Part shown: piece after piece, positions 17,704 through 30,932 of the stretch
Numbering within the stretch: the stretch's first letter is position 1
Layout of the letters: every line of letters begins with the position of its first letter
DNA from: an uncultured Pelagibacteraceae bacterium
Lineage (GTDB): Bacteria; Pseudomonadota; Alphaproteobacteria; Pelagibacterales; Pelagibacteraceae
NCBI GenBank assembly: GCA_902585365.1
Contig: CACIDF010000001.1
Location: 60,408-124,407 of the forward strand
Length of the DNA stretch: 64,000 nucleotides
Reading direction: 5' to 3'
Notes under the pieces: model-generated
What the model was told of the DNA's origin: nothing
What the model saw: only the letters and a program-made list of their open reading frames with translations
Databases searched by the model: none
Made by a program: the position numbers and the translations under genes

Positions 17704-18593
17704 TTGGCAGTTTTTTTATTAGATAAATAAATTCCTGAAAGAATAAATGAAGCTCCTATAAAATGGTATAGTTCAAATGTCTCTTGAAAAATCAAAATTG
17801 CTAGCACTGCACTTAGTAGTGGCATTAATTGGATGAACATTGTGGCACGATTTGGCCCAACTATCTCGATGCCTTTCTGCCAGCAGTAATAAGCAGCTAG
17901 CGCAGGGAACATTACAACATAAAAAAGAATTATAAAAAATGTTGTATTAAAATTTGTTTCTAAACCAATTGACTTTTCATAAAAAAATTGTGGTATTAAA
18001 AATAAAATTCCCATCGATACCATTAATTGAATTAATGTAAATTGCGAAAACCTAAAACTATGCTTTTTAAGTAGTGTTGAATAAAGCGACCAACAAATAA
18101 CACAAACTAACATCCACAGGTCACCTTTATTAAAATTTAGAGCTAAAATTTTGTTTATGTCTGCATTAGAAATAATTGAGCTAATTCCAATTACAGACAA
18201 CAATAATCCAATTAGTTGAAAAATATTTGTTTTATCTACTTTCATAAACGATGAGATAATTATTGTTACTGCCGGAATAGCTGCTAAAACCAAAGCTACA
18301 TTTATTACCTGTGTGTAATTCAATGCAAAATATACAACTGAGTTAAATGTACTTATTGTCATTATTCCCATAAAACTTATTACAATCAAATTTTTTTTAA
18401 TATAATTCCAATTGTTAAAAATTTCTTTGTATGTAAATGGTATTAAAATCAACCAGACTGAAATCCATCTAAAAAAATTTAAAGTGAGTGGAGGTACTTC
18501 GTATAGATATGCAAATTTTCCTACTATAAAATTTCCAGACCAACAAAATGTAGCAAATACGAGCAAAGTATAAGCTAAGTAATTTTTTGACAA
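17700..18593 (-). CDS. DMT/EamA family transporter
   Basis: WSGNFIVGK, PLTLNFFRW, GDLWML; ten-TM duplicated architecture; TTG start. Confidence 0.88.
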   Translation of the reverse strand: MSKNYLAYTLLVFATFCWSGNFIVGKFAYLYEVPPLTLNFFRWISVWLILIPFTYKEIFNNWNYIKKNLIVISFMGIMTISTFNSVVYFALNYTQVINVALVLAAIPAVTIIISSFMKVDKTNIFQLIGLLLSVIGISSIISNADINKILALNFNKGDLWMLVCVICWSLYSTLLKKHSFRFSQFTLIQLMVSMGILFLIPQFFYEKSIGLETNFNTTFFIILFYVVMFPALAAYYCWQKGIEIVGPNRATMFIQLMPLLSAVLAILIFQETFELYHFIGASFILSGIYLSNKKTAK

Positions 18594-18601
18594 ATTAATC
18601 C

Positions 18602-19846
18602 TTAATTAAATCTTAATGAACTATAAGGCGTTAAATCTAAATTAGTTTTTTCACCAAGAATCATTCTGGATACTATTTTCCCCGAAATCGCTCCTAATGT
18701 CCATCCCAAATGGTGATGGCCAAAAGAATAGTAAACATTATTATAATTTTTTGATTTACCAATCACTGGAAGAAAATCAGGTAATGTTGGTCTAAAACCT
18801 AGCCATTCATCTTCATGATCCTCATTTTCTGGTAAACCATTTAACATATCTTTTGCATTTAATATTAAATTTTTAATTCTCGACTTAGATAAAGGATTTT
18901 CCAAACCTCCAAATTCAACTGTTCCAACAACTCTAAGACCCTGTTCCATAGGTGTTATACCGAATCCTCTATCAGCCCAAACAACTGGTCTGGATAAAAG
19001 ATTAGAGTAATTTTTAAAATGAATATGATAGCCTCTTTCAGTGTCTAATGGAATTTTTTCATCTAATTTGTCAGTTAGCTTTTTTGAAAAAGCACCACAA
19101 GCTATAACAACTTTATCAAATAATAATTTGTCGCTTTCTGTAATTAAAATAGGTTTCTGATCTTTAAAATTTATGTTGTTAATATTTGTTTTTTTAAATT
19201 TCCCTCCTTTTTTTAAAAAATCTGCAAATAGCTTTTCAATAATTTTTTTTGGATTTCTTGCATGTCTAGCATACTCATAAAATACACCACCGTCATAAAA
19301 TGGTTTTAAATTTGGTTCCAAATCATGAACTTCCTTTGGATTTAAAATTTTTTGTTTTACACCTAATTTTTCTCGAATATTAATTTCGATCTTTCTACTT
19401 TTAATTCCTTTTTTTTCCCATACATACATAATTCCTTTTTTTTCAACTAGACCGTCTAAATTAATATCTGCAAACAGTTCATCATATGCATCTAATGAAA
19501 TGTCCAGAATTTGATGCATATATTTTGCGGTATGCATCATTTTTTTTTCCGAGCAGTTCATAATATATTTTGAAAACCAAGGAATCATTTTAACAAAATA
19601 ATTCCATTTTAAAGCTAGCGGTCCTCTACTGCTTAACAGCATAGCAGGTACATCTGATAGCACATCTGATCTGTTTAACTGTAAGGAGGCGTATGGTGAA
19701 AAATGACCTGCATTTCCATAAGAAGCTGCACAACCTGGTTCATCTTTGTCAAATAAAGTTACACCAATTCCTTTTTTTTGTAAAAATAAAGCATTGCAGA
19801 CGCCTTGAATACCAGCACCAATTATAGCTACTTCACTTTTTGACAT
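18602..19846 (-). CDS. dadA: FAD-dependent D-amino acid dehydrogenase family protein
   Basis: IIGAGIQG, ASYGNAG, ERGYH, WLGFRPTLPD, FGHHHLGWTLG motifs. Confidence 0.8.
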   Translation of the reverse strand: MSKSEVAIIGAGIQGVCNALFLQKKGIGVTLFDKDEPGCAASYGNAGHFSPYASLQLNRSDVLSDVPAMLLSSRGPLALKWNYFVKMIPWFSKYIMNCSEKKMMHTAKYMHQILDISLDAYDELFADINLDGLVEKKGIMYVWEKKGIKSRKIEINIREKLGVKQKILNPKEVHDLEPNLKPFYDGGVFYEYARHARNPKKIIEKLFADFLKKGGKFKKTNINNINFKDQKPILITESDKLLFDKVVIACGAFSKKLTDKLDEKIPLDTERGYHIHFKNYSNLLSRPVVWADRGFGITPMEQGLRVVGTVEFGGLENPLSKSRIKNLILNAKDMLNGLPENEDHEDEWLGFRPTLPDFLPVIGKSKNYNNVYYSFGHHHLGWTLGAISGKIVSRMILGEKTNLDLTPYSSLRFN

Positions 19847-19889
19847 TAAAATAATCTACATCATGAGAAAAAAAAATTATCGCGACAAA

Positions 19890-21014
19890 TTAAGCAATAA
19901 TCTGTTTTTGATAAATTTTTGTGCTCATTACAACACTAAAACCTATCATTGTAGCTAGCATAGAAGAACCTCCGTAGGACATGATAGGTAGGGGTGATCC
20001 TACAATTGGAAGTAGTCCTAAAACCATGCTCATGTTAACAGTAACATAAATAAATATAGAGGATGCGAATCCGTAACAAAATAATTTTCCAAAAAAGCTT
20101 CTGGCAGACGCACCAATTTTTGCGGTTCTGTAAATTATAATTGCGTAAAGAAAAAGTAATAAAACTGAACCGATAAATCCATGTTCTTCTGAAAATAATG
20201 TAAATATAAAATCTGTATGCTTTTCAGGTAAAAAGTCTAAATAGCTTTGTGTCCCTTTGAGGAAACCTTTTCCTGATAAACCGCCTGAACCTACGGCAAT
20301 TTTTGATTGTATTATTTGATATCCTGCACCAAGAGGATCTCTATCTGGATTAAAAAAAGTTAATATTCTAAGTTTTTGGTAGGGTTTTAAAAAAGATATT
20401 ACAAACGGTAAAGAAATTAATAAAACTAAAGAAGAATAGATGAAATATTTTGCATTAACTCCAGATAACCATAAAACAACTAAACCACTCAAACCAATTA
20501 AAATTGAGGTACCTAAATCTGGTTGGCTTACAACTAATAGAATTGGTACAATTAATACTACCATTGGAATTATTATATTCTTAAAACTATTTACTAAATG
20601 AATCTGTGTTCGGTGATAAAATTTTGCAAAACACATTATTATTGCAACTTTCATTAATTCTGAAGGTTGAAGATTAATAAAGTATAGGTCTACCCATCTT
20701 TGAGAGCCGGATGCTTTCACGCCATACAAAGAAGCCCAAATTAATAAGCATAAAACTACAAAGTAAAAAATATAGCCGATTGAATGCCATAATTTTATAT
20801 TCACAAAAGAAAATATTAACATCATGGAAAAGAAAACTATAAATCTAATTACATGACTTTTTGTGTGGTAAAGAATTTCTCCTCCCTCTGTTGAATACAT
20901 TGATAAGGAACTTATAAGACCAAGGGTTAATAAACAAAAAAGTAAGATATAGTCTAATGATCTAAGTTTTTGAAAGAAGGTGATTTGTCCACTTAGTGCT
21001 GTTTCTTGAAACAT
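19890..21014 (-). CDS. rodA: Rod shape-determining SEDS protein
   Basis: LQPSELMK, QPDLGT, GYQIIQSKIAVGSGG, LPEKHTDFIF, SYGGSS motifs; follows mrdA. Confidence 0.95.
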   Translation of the reverse strand: MFQETALSGQITFFQKLRSLDYILLFCLLTLGLISSLSMYSTEGGEILYHTKSHVIRFIVFFSMMLIFSFVNIKLWHSIGYIFYFVVLCLLIWASLYGVKASGSQRWVDLYFINLQPSELMKVAIIMCFAKFYHRTQIHLVNSFKNIIIPMVVLIVPILLVVSQPDLGTSILIGLSGLVVLWLSGVNAKYFIYSSLVLLISLPFVISFLKPYQKLRILTFFNPDRDPLGAGYQIIQSKIAVGSGGLSGKGFLKGTQSYLDFLPEKHTDFIFTLFSEEHGFIGSVLLLFLYAIIIYRTAKIGASARSFFGKLFCYGFASSIFIYVTVNMSMVLGLLPIVGSPLPIMSYGGSSMLATMIGFSVVMSTKIYQKQIIA

Positions 21015-22993
21015 TATGCTAAAAAATTAATATTTTTTTGTTTAAATTTTTCTCTTTCTTCATGCCTATCGATTACAACTTTAAATAACTTTTTAGCCAT
21101 TGGAGCAGCCGTTGACCCGCCAGATCCACCATGTTCTATAAATACACTCATTGCATATCTTGGATTTTTGTAAGGTCCAAATGCAATATAAAGAGCATGG
21201 TCTCTGTCTTCATAAGGAATTTGAGAAATATCTAAATCAAGTTCTCTTTGAGCTTCAGTTATTCTTTTTACCTGTGAAGTCCCTGTTTTTCCCGCAAACT
21301 GATATTTCTTGTCTTCAATTCTTGAAGAATAAGATGTTCCTCTAACCTCATTAGTAGAAGCAAACATTGCTTCCAAAACAAACTTTACATTTTCTTGATT
21401 TCTAAAAAGAGGGCTATATAGATTATCATCTTTACTGGATGACGCTCCAAGGTCCACCAATGCATCGTCAAAATCTGGACCTTGTATTTTTTTTTCTAAA
21501 TTTTTGCTCATTCTAGATTTTATATCCTCAAAAGTTAAGTCATCTTTATTTACAATTACTTTTGGATTTATTCTAAAACCACCATTCGCTAATTGTGCAG
21601 TCATCAGACATAGCTGTAAAGGAGTAGTTTGGATATAACCTTGGCCAATACCTGTTATAAGTGTCTCACCAAGAACCCATCCTCTACCAAGAGCATTTTT
21701 TTTCCATTCTGTTGAAGGAACTAAACCAGCTTTTTCTTCATTAAAAATATTATTAAAGACCTTGTTACCTAATCCGAATTTTTTTGCAGTTTCATTTAGA
21801 CGGTCAACTCCCAATCTTCTGGACATTTCATAAAAAAAAGTATCACACGAAACTTTTAGAGCATCTCTAAGATTGACTACTCCATGACCTTTCTTTTTCC
21901 AACAGTTATATGTTTGTCCATACATCTCAATTTTTCCTGAACAATTAACTTTAAAATTTGTGGAAATAACATTGTTTTCTAACGCTGATAGTGCAACAAT
22001 CGGTTTTATTGTTGAGCCAGGAGGATATAATCCTGTAATCGATCTATTTATAAGTGGTTTTTTTGGATTATTTCTGATTGCTTCCCAATTCTCATAACTT
22101 ATTCCATATAAAAATAAATTTGGATCAAAGGAAGGTGATGAATGCATTGCAAGTATATCTCCAGTGTAAATGTCCATAACACTTATCGATCCTGCTCTAT
22201 TTTTTAAAAGCTCGTTGCACTTCTGTTGAATTTTTGTGTCAACTGTTAATCTTACTGATTTACCTTTTTGACCTTCTATGTGATCTATTTGATTTATTCT
22301 TTTGCCATATGCATTGACTTCGTATCTTTGAACTCCATTCATACCTATTAAATCGTTCTCTAAGGATCTCTCTAATCCAATTTTTCCAACTCTCAATCCA
22401 GGAACATGTTTCTTTTTAATTTCATCATTATTAGTGAGATCATTTTGACTTGCTTGTGCAACGTACCCTAAAAGATGAGTATAATTTTCGTTGTAAGGAT
22501 AGCTTCTTGCTACTGACAAAACTGGTTTGACACCTGACAGTTCATGTAAATAAAAATTTATTTTTACAAATTGATCCCAGGATAGATTCTCTGAAATTAT
22601 TAATGTTTCCCAAGGCTTTTGAGAGTTTTTCTTTTTTATAATTTTATTAAAAGTCTTTTGGTCTAGTTCTAAGATATCTTTTACTCTAATTATTAAATTA
22701 TTAAAATTTTCGACTTGTTCTGGTATAATGTGAAGTTGATAAACTTTTAAATTACCAGCAATTATATTCCCGAAAAAGTCTTGGAAATCTCCTCTTATTG
22801 GTGGAAGTTTCCACTCCCTTAATCGATTTTTGTCTGAAAGTGTTAAGTATTTTTTATTTTGATTTATTTGAAGTGAAAATAGTTGTGCAATTATTCCACC
22901 AAAAACAACTAGTTTAGCAGCAGATAGAATAAACATTCTTCTACCAACCACGCTTTGTTTTCTGTAACTAGTATCTGAGCCACCACTAATCAT
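21014..22993 (-). CDS. mrdA: Penicillin-binding protein 2
   Basis: GSTIK (SxxK), SCD, KTGTSQV motifs; in the mre operon. Confidence 0.95.
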   Translation of the reverse strand: MISGGSDTSYRKQSVVGRRMFILSAAKLVVFGGIIAQLFSLQINQNKKYLTLSDKNRLREWKLPPIRGDFQDFFGNIIAGNLKVYQLHIIPEQVENFNNLIIRVKDILELDQKTFNKIIKKKNSQKPWETLIISENLSWDQFVKINFYLHELSGVKPVLSVARSYPYNENYTHLLGYVAQASQNDLTNNDEIKKKHVPGLRVGKIGLERSLENDLIGMNGVQRYEVNAYGKRINQIDHIEGQKGKSVRLTVDTKIQQKCNELLKNRAGSISVMDIYTGDILAMHSSPSFDPNLFLYGISYENWEAIRNNPKKPLINRSITGLYPPGSTIKPIVALSALENNVISTNFKVNCSGKIEMYGQTYNCWKKKGHGVVNLRDALKVSCDTFFYEMSRRLGVDRLNETAKKFGLGNKVFNNIFNEEKAGLVPSTEWKKNALGRGWVLGETLITGIGQGYIQTTPLQLCLMTAQLANGGFRINPKVIVNKDDLTFEDIKSRMSKNLEKKIQGPDFDDALVDLGASSSKDDNLYSPLFRNQENVKFVLEAMFASTNEVRGTSYSSRIEDKKYQFAGKTGTSQVKRITEAQRELDLDISQIPYEDRDHALYIAFGPYKNPRYAMSVFIEHGGSGGSTAAPMAKKLFKVVIDRHEEREKFKQKNINFLA

Positions 22994-23498
22994 TAGTTCT
23001 TCTAAGTAAATTTAAATAATAACCAAAAATATACGAAAAAAAATAATAGAACAAGAAAGTATACAAGACATTAAAAAGTAAATTGTAATAATCAATTTTA
23101 ACATTAAAAAAAACTACTAAAATTGAATAGAAGATTGAGTTTATGACTAAAATAGTAAAAAGGAAGAAAAACCAATCTTTTATTAAACTAACTCTTAATG
23201 TGATATTTCTTAAATAAACCGCAAAAACACAAATAAATAGATAGGTAACGCTACTAATTCCCAAAGGTAATCCAATTACAACATCATTTATTAGACCAGC
23301 TAAAAACACCAATACGTAACTTAATCTTCCTTCTCCTTTTAAACTCCAATAAAAAATTAAAATATACGGAAAATTAAAAGAAAAATATTTTAAATTTAAA
23401 TAATTAAAATCAAACTCATTTAGTACTGAGACATAAAGTAAAATAATTGGGCCTAATGATAGAAGTTTTCTTGAAAATGGTAGTTTTGTTAAACTCAT
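22986..23498 (-). CDS. mreD: Rod shape-determining protein MreD
   Basis: Hydrophobic, IFYW...GLINDVVIGLPLG; located between mreC and mrdA. Confidence 0.85.
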   Translation of the reverse strand: MSLTKLPFSRKLLSLGPIILLYVSVLNEFDFNYLNLKYFSFNFPYILIFYWSLKGEGRLSYVLVFLAGLINDVVIGLPLGISSVTYLFICVFAVYLRNITLRVSLIKDWFFFLFTILVINSIFYSILVVFFNVKIDYYNLLFNVLYTFLFYYFFSYIFGYYLNLLRRTND

Positions 23499-23502
23499 AA
23501 AT

Positions 23503-24351
23503 TCAATTTATATTTTCGTATAAAACAATTTTTACTAATCTTAACTGCGAAAAATTTGAGTGGAACAAAACATAGCTTTCCTTGCTCTCATCAATTATAT
23601 TTATTTCACCAACAGGAATACCTGATTTAAATATTCCACCAGAGCCTGAGGTGTAGACTTGATCGCCATTATTTAGATCAAAACTTTCTAATTGTGTATA
23701 TTGTAGTTTGCCAAATTTTTCCCCAGTCCCTGTCAAAATAGATTGGACACTATTAGGTTCAACAGATACTGGAACCTTGCTGTTCAAGTCAGATAATAGC
23801 AATACTCTTGAAGTTAAATAATTAACTTCTACAACTTTTCCAATTAAAAAATCTCCATCTAAAACAGCCATGCCTAATTTTACTTTATCTTTACTTCCTT
23901 TATTGACGATAATAGATTTAAGAAATGGGCTTTGTTTATCAACTAATACCTTTGCCAGAATTTCAGATGAGATATCTACAATATCCCCTATCTTAGATTT
24001 AAGCATTATATTTTCAGATATAATAAAATTATTGCTTAAGTTTTCAGCTTTCAATGCCTTAAAATCTTTTTTAAGTTTTTTATGATCATCATACAAATTG
24101 ATATGTGACATTGTTAACTTGTAAGTATTTACAACAAAATTTTCTGGTGCTGAAATTATAAAAGAAGCACGATAAACAATTTCATTTAAACCTGATTTTA
24201 AAAAGGATATGCCTTTGAAATTATATTTGCTCAATGTTAAAATTGTTATTGAGAAAAATAATAATACAATTAATGAAAATCTTTGCTTTGTTCCTTTTTT
24301 TAAAAAGGCAGATCTGATCGCGATTATGAAATCATCTCTGTTAGTTTCCAT
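23503..24351 (-). CDS. mreC: Rod shape-determining protein MreC
   Basis: TM plus coiled coil, NKGS, SRVLLLSD, VYTSG-GGIF-SGIPVG motifs. Confidence 0.92.
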   Translation of the reverse strand: METNRDDFIIAIRSAFLKKGTKQRFSLIVLLFFSITILTLSKYNFKGISFLKSGLNEIVYRASFIISAPENFVVNTYKLTMSHINLYDDHKKLKKDFKALKAENLSNNFIISENIMLKSKIGDIVDISSEILAKVLVDKQSPFLKSIIVNKGSKDKVKLGMAVLDGDFLIGKVVEVNYLTSRVLLLSDLNSKVPVSVEPNSVQSILTGTGEKFGKLQYTQLESFDLNNGDQVYTSGSGGIFKSGIPVGEINIIDESKESYVLFHSNFSQLRLVKIVLYENIN

Positions 24352-24357
24352 TTTATC

Positions 24358-26968
<2,611 letters not shown>

Positions 26969-27057
26969 TAATTTGTAAATAATTTTTTTTGGATAATACA
27001 ATCTCTAGCAGAGATTGCAAAACAAAACAGTCAATTATGGGTTTTATTTGTTATTTT

Positions 27058-28092
<1,035 letters not shown>

Positions 28093-28641
28093 TTATTTAA
28101 AAATTTCTGATCCTCTAGTCATAGCTACTGCACCAGTTCTAGATACACTAACTAATCCAAATTTTTTTAAATCTCCCATCACAGTATCTATTTCTCTTCT
28201 TAATGCAGTTATTTGAAGTACAACTGATTTTTGAGTTTTGTCTAATACTACTGGATTAAATTTTTTGCAAACTTTTAATGCCTTATTTCTCTTAGAAGTA
28301 TTCCCAACAAGCTTTAATAAAGCCATTTCCTTAAATATAATTTTTTTATCACCTCTCATAAAATCTGCAACTTTATGAACTGGCACAAGTTTACCTAGTT
28401 GTAATTTAATCTGCTCAATTACCTGGGGTGTTCCAGTAGTTACAATAGTTATTCTTGATATACCTCTTTTAGGATCAACCTCTGCAACAGCTAAAGACTC
28501 TATGTTATATCCTCTGCCAGAGAATAGACCCACTACTCTAGCTAAAACTCCAGCCTCATTATCCACCCATACTACTATTATATGTGTATCTAGTTTTCCT
28601 TTTTTGCCTGGATCGCTATAAGCTGATTTTGATTTAGCCAT
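28093..28641 (-). CDS. ilvN: Acetolactate synthase small subunit
   Basis: ACT domain NEAGVLARVVGLFSGRGYNIESL. Confidence 0.93.
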   Translation of the reverse strand: MAKSKSAYSDPGKKGKLDTHIIVVWVDNEAGVLARVVGLFSGRGYNIESLAVAEVDPKRGISRITIVTTGTPQVIEQIKLQLGKLVPVHKVADFMRGDKKIIFKEMALLKLVGNTSKRNKALKVCKKFNPVVLDKTQKSVVLQITALRREIDTVMGDLKKFGLVSVSRTGAVAMTRGSEIFK

Positions 28642-30407
28642 TAAACTAAAGTTTTTCCTTTTCCTGTAATTTTATTTTCTTTTTGATCGTTAGGACCTAA
28701 TAACATTTGATTATGAGGTTTGCCTGAAGGAATCATTGGAAAACAATTTTCTTCTTTATCAACTAAACAATCAAATATTACAGGTTTTTTTACATCAATC
28801 ATTTCTTGAATTTTTTGATCTAGTTCATCAGGGGTTTTCGCTCTTATTCCAACACATCCATAAGCTTCTGCTAGTTTTACAAAATCAGGTAGAGCTGCAG
28901 TATAACTCTCAGAATAATTTTTTTCATGAAGTAATTCTTGCCATTGCCTTACCATCCCCATGTACTCATTATTTAGAATAAATATCTTTATTGGTAAATT
29001 ATATTGAACAGCTGTGGACATTTCCTGCATTGTCATAAGAACTGAAGCTTCTCCAGCAATATCAACTACTAATTTATCAGGATGAGCTATCTGGACACCA
29101 ACTGCCGCTGGTAAACCGTAACCCATTGTACCAAGACCACCTGATGTCATCCATCTATTTGGTTTATCGAATTTATAATGTTGAGCAGCCCACATTTGAT
29201 GCTGGCCAACCTCAGTAGTAATAAATGTATCTTTATTTTTAGTTAATTCGTAAAGTCTTTGAATTGCAAATTGTGGTTTTATTGTTTTATCACTATTAAT
29301 AAAGTTTAGAGAGTTCACAGATCTCCATTTTCCTATTTGCTCCCACCATTTTGAAATATTTTCTTTGTTAGAATTTAAAAAATTTGGTTTATGTTTTTTA
29401 ATTGTTTTTATTAGTAACGAAATTACTTCTGATACATCTCCAACAATTGGAAGGTCTACCTTCACATTTTTATTTATAGACGATGGATCTATATCTATAT
29501 GAACTTTTTTAGATTTAGGAGAAAATTCATCAATTTTTCCTGTTATCCTATCATCAAATCTTGCACCTATATTAATCATAAGATCACAATCGTGCATAGC
29601 ATTATTAGCTTCGTATGTACCATGCATGCCAAGCATCCCTAAAAATTGATTGTCATCTCCTGGAAACGAACCAAGACCTTGTAGTGTAGAGGTTATTGGA
29701 AAACCAGTAATTGAAACTAATTCTCTTAATTGCCCACTTGCCTTAGGTCCAGAATTAATTACACCACCACCTGTATAAAATATTGGTTGTTTTGCTTTAC
29801 TCATCATTTCAATAAGTTTATCGATATCTTTTTGTGAAAATCTATTATTTGATTTTCCATTAAGTTTTTTTTGTTTTTTAAAATTTGTGTATTTGGCTTT
29901 TTGAAATTGAATATCTTTTGGTATATCAACCAAAACTGGTCCAGGTCTTCCAGTAGTTGCAACTTCAAAAGCCTTATGAATTGTTTTTGCTAAATCCTTA
30001 ACATCTTTTACCAACCAATTATGCTTAGTGCACGGTCTAGTAATTCCTGTGGTATCACATTCTTGAAAAGCATCAGTGCCTATTAAATGTGTTGGAACTT
30101 GTCCTGAAATACATACTAATGGAATAGAGTCCATGTATGCATCTGTTAAAGCTGTAACAACATTTGTTGCACCAGGACCAGATGTAACTAAAACTACACC
30201 AGGTTTTCCACATGACCTTGCATAACCCTCTGCAGCATGTCCTGCTCCTTGCTCGTGTCGTGCAAGTATATGTTTAATGCTATCGTGATTTTTCAATTCA
30301 TCGTAAATTGGTAATACAGCACCACCAGGATAACCAAAAATAAATTCAACTTTTTGATCCTCCATACATTTAAAAACTATTTCCGCGCCTGTATATAATT
30401 TTGACAT
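28641..30407 (-). CDS. ilvB: Acetolactate synthase large subunit
   Basis: FGYPGGA, RHEQGA, TSGPGATN, SGGLGTMGYG, GMVRQWQ motifs. Confidence 0.95.
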   Translation of the reverse strand: MSKLYTGAEIVFKCMEDQKVEFIFGYPGGAVLPIYDELKNHDSIKHILARHEQGAGHAAEGYARSCGKPGVVLVTSGPGATNVVTALTDAYMDSIPLVCISGQVPTHLIGTDAFQECDTTGITRPCTKHNWLVKDVKDLAKTIHKAFEVATTGRPGPVLVDIPKDIQFQKAKYTNFKKQKKLNGKSNNRFSQKDIDKLIEMMSKAKQPIFYTGGGVINSGPKASGQLRELVSITGFPITSTLQGLGSFPGDDNQFLGMLGMHGTYEANNAMHDCDLMINIGARFDDRITGKIDEFSPKSKKVHIDIDPSSINKNVKVDLPIVGDVSEVISLLIKTIKKHKPNFLNSNKENISKWWEQIGKWRSVNSLNFINSDKTIKPQFAIQRLYELTKNKDTFITTEVGQHQMWAAQHYKFDKPNRWMTSGGLGTMGYGLPAAVGVQIAHPDKLVVDIAGEASVLMTMQEMSTAVQYNLPIKIFILNNEYMGMVRQWQELLHEKNYSESYTAALPDFVKLAEAYGCVGIRAKTPDELDQKIQEMIDVKKPVIFDCLVDKEENCFPMIPSGKPHNQMLLGPNDQKENKITGKGKTLV

Positions 30408-30455
30408 TTGTCCAATCTAGCTGAAGTTGTACTAATTGGTCAAGTTTATCTGCTG

Positions 30456-30932
30456 TTATTGTGATAAAAATTTTTGAACTTCTGAGAAATGCACTGCAAA
30501 ATTCATACCTTCGGATGTATCTTTGTGCAATCCTTGCGTATTTACCCCTACAACTTTATTTTTTAGAAATAATGGACCACCAGAGTTACCTGGGTTTATA
30601 GCTGCATCAGTTTGTATGAATAAAACATCCTTAGAGTTGGTTGCATTATAAGTGCTACTTTCTTTTCTGACTGCGCTAATCCATCCCTTGGTTAACGAAA
30701 ATTTACGACCTTTTGGGTGTCCTAAAGCCTCAACCATATCTCCTTGTTTAAGTTTTCCATTAAAAAAAGTTACAGGCTTACCTTTCATATTTGTCTTTAA
30801 TAATGCCAGATCTCTTTTCAAGTCTTTTTTAATAATTACCGCTGACGATTTTTTTTTATTTTTATCAATTATTGAGATAGACATTGCGTTTTCAACAACA
30901 TGATAATTCGTCAGTATTTCATCTGAACTTAT
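30456..30932 (-). CDS. Trypsin-like (S1C) serine protease domain; C-terminal half of a frameshifted gene starting at 32619
   Basis: TNYHVV (His), DLALL (Asp), INPGNSGGP (Ser); joins the upstream ORF if one T is removed from the T8 run at 30933-30940. Confidence 0.82.
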   Translation of the reverse strand: MSSDEILTNYHVVENAMSISIIDKNKKKSSAVIIKKDLKRDLALLKTNMKGKPVTFFNGKLKQGDMVEALGHPKGRKFSLTKGWISAVRKESSTYNATNSKDVLFIQTDAAINPGNSGGPLFLKNKVVGVNTQGLHKDTSEGMNFAVHFSEVQKFLSQ

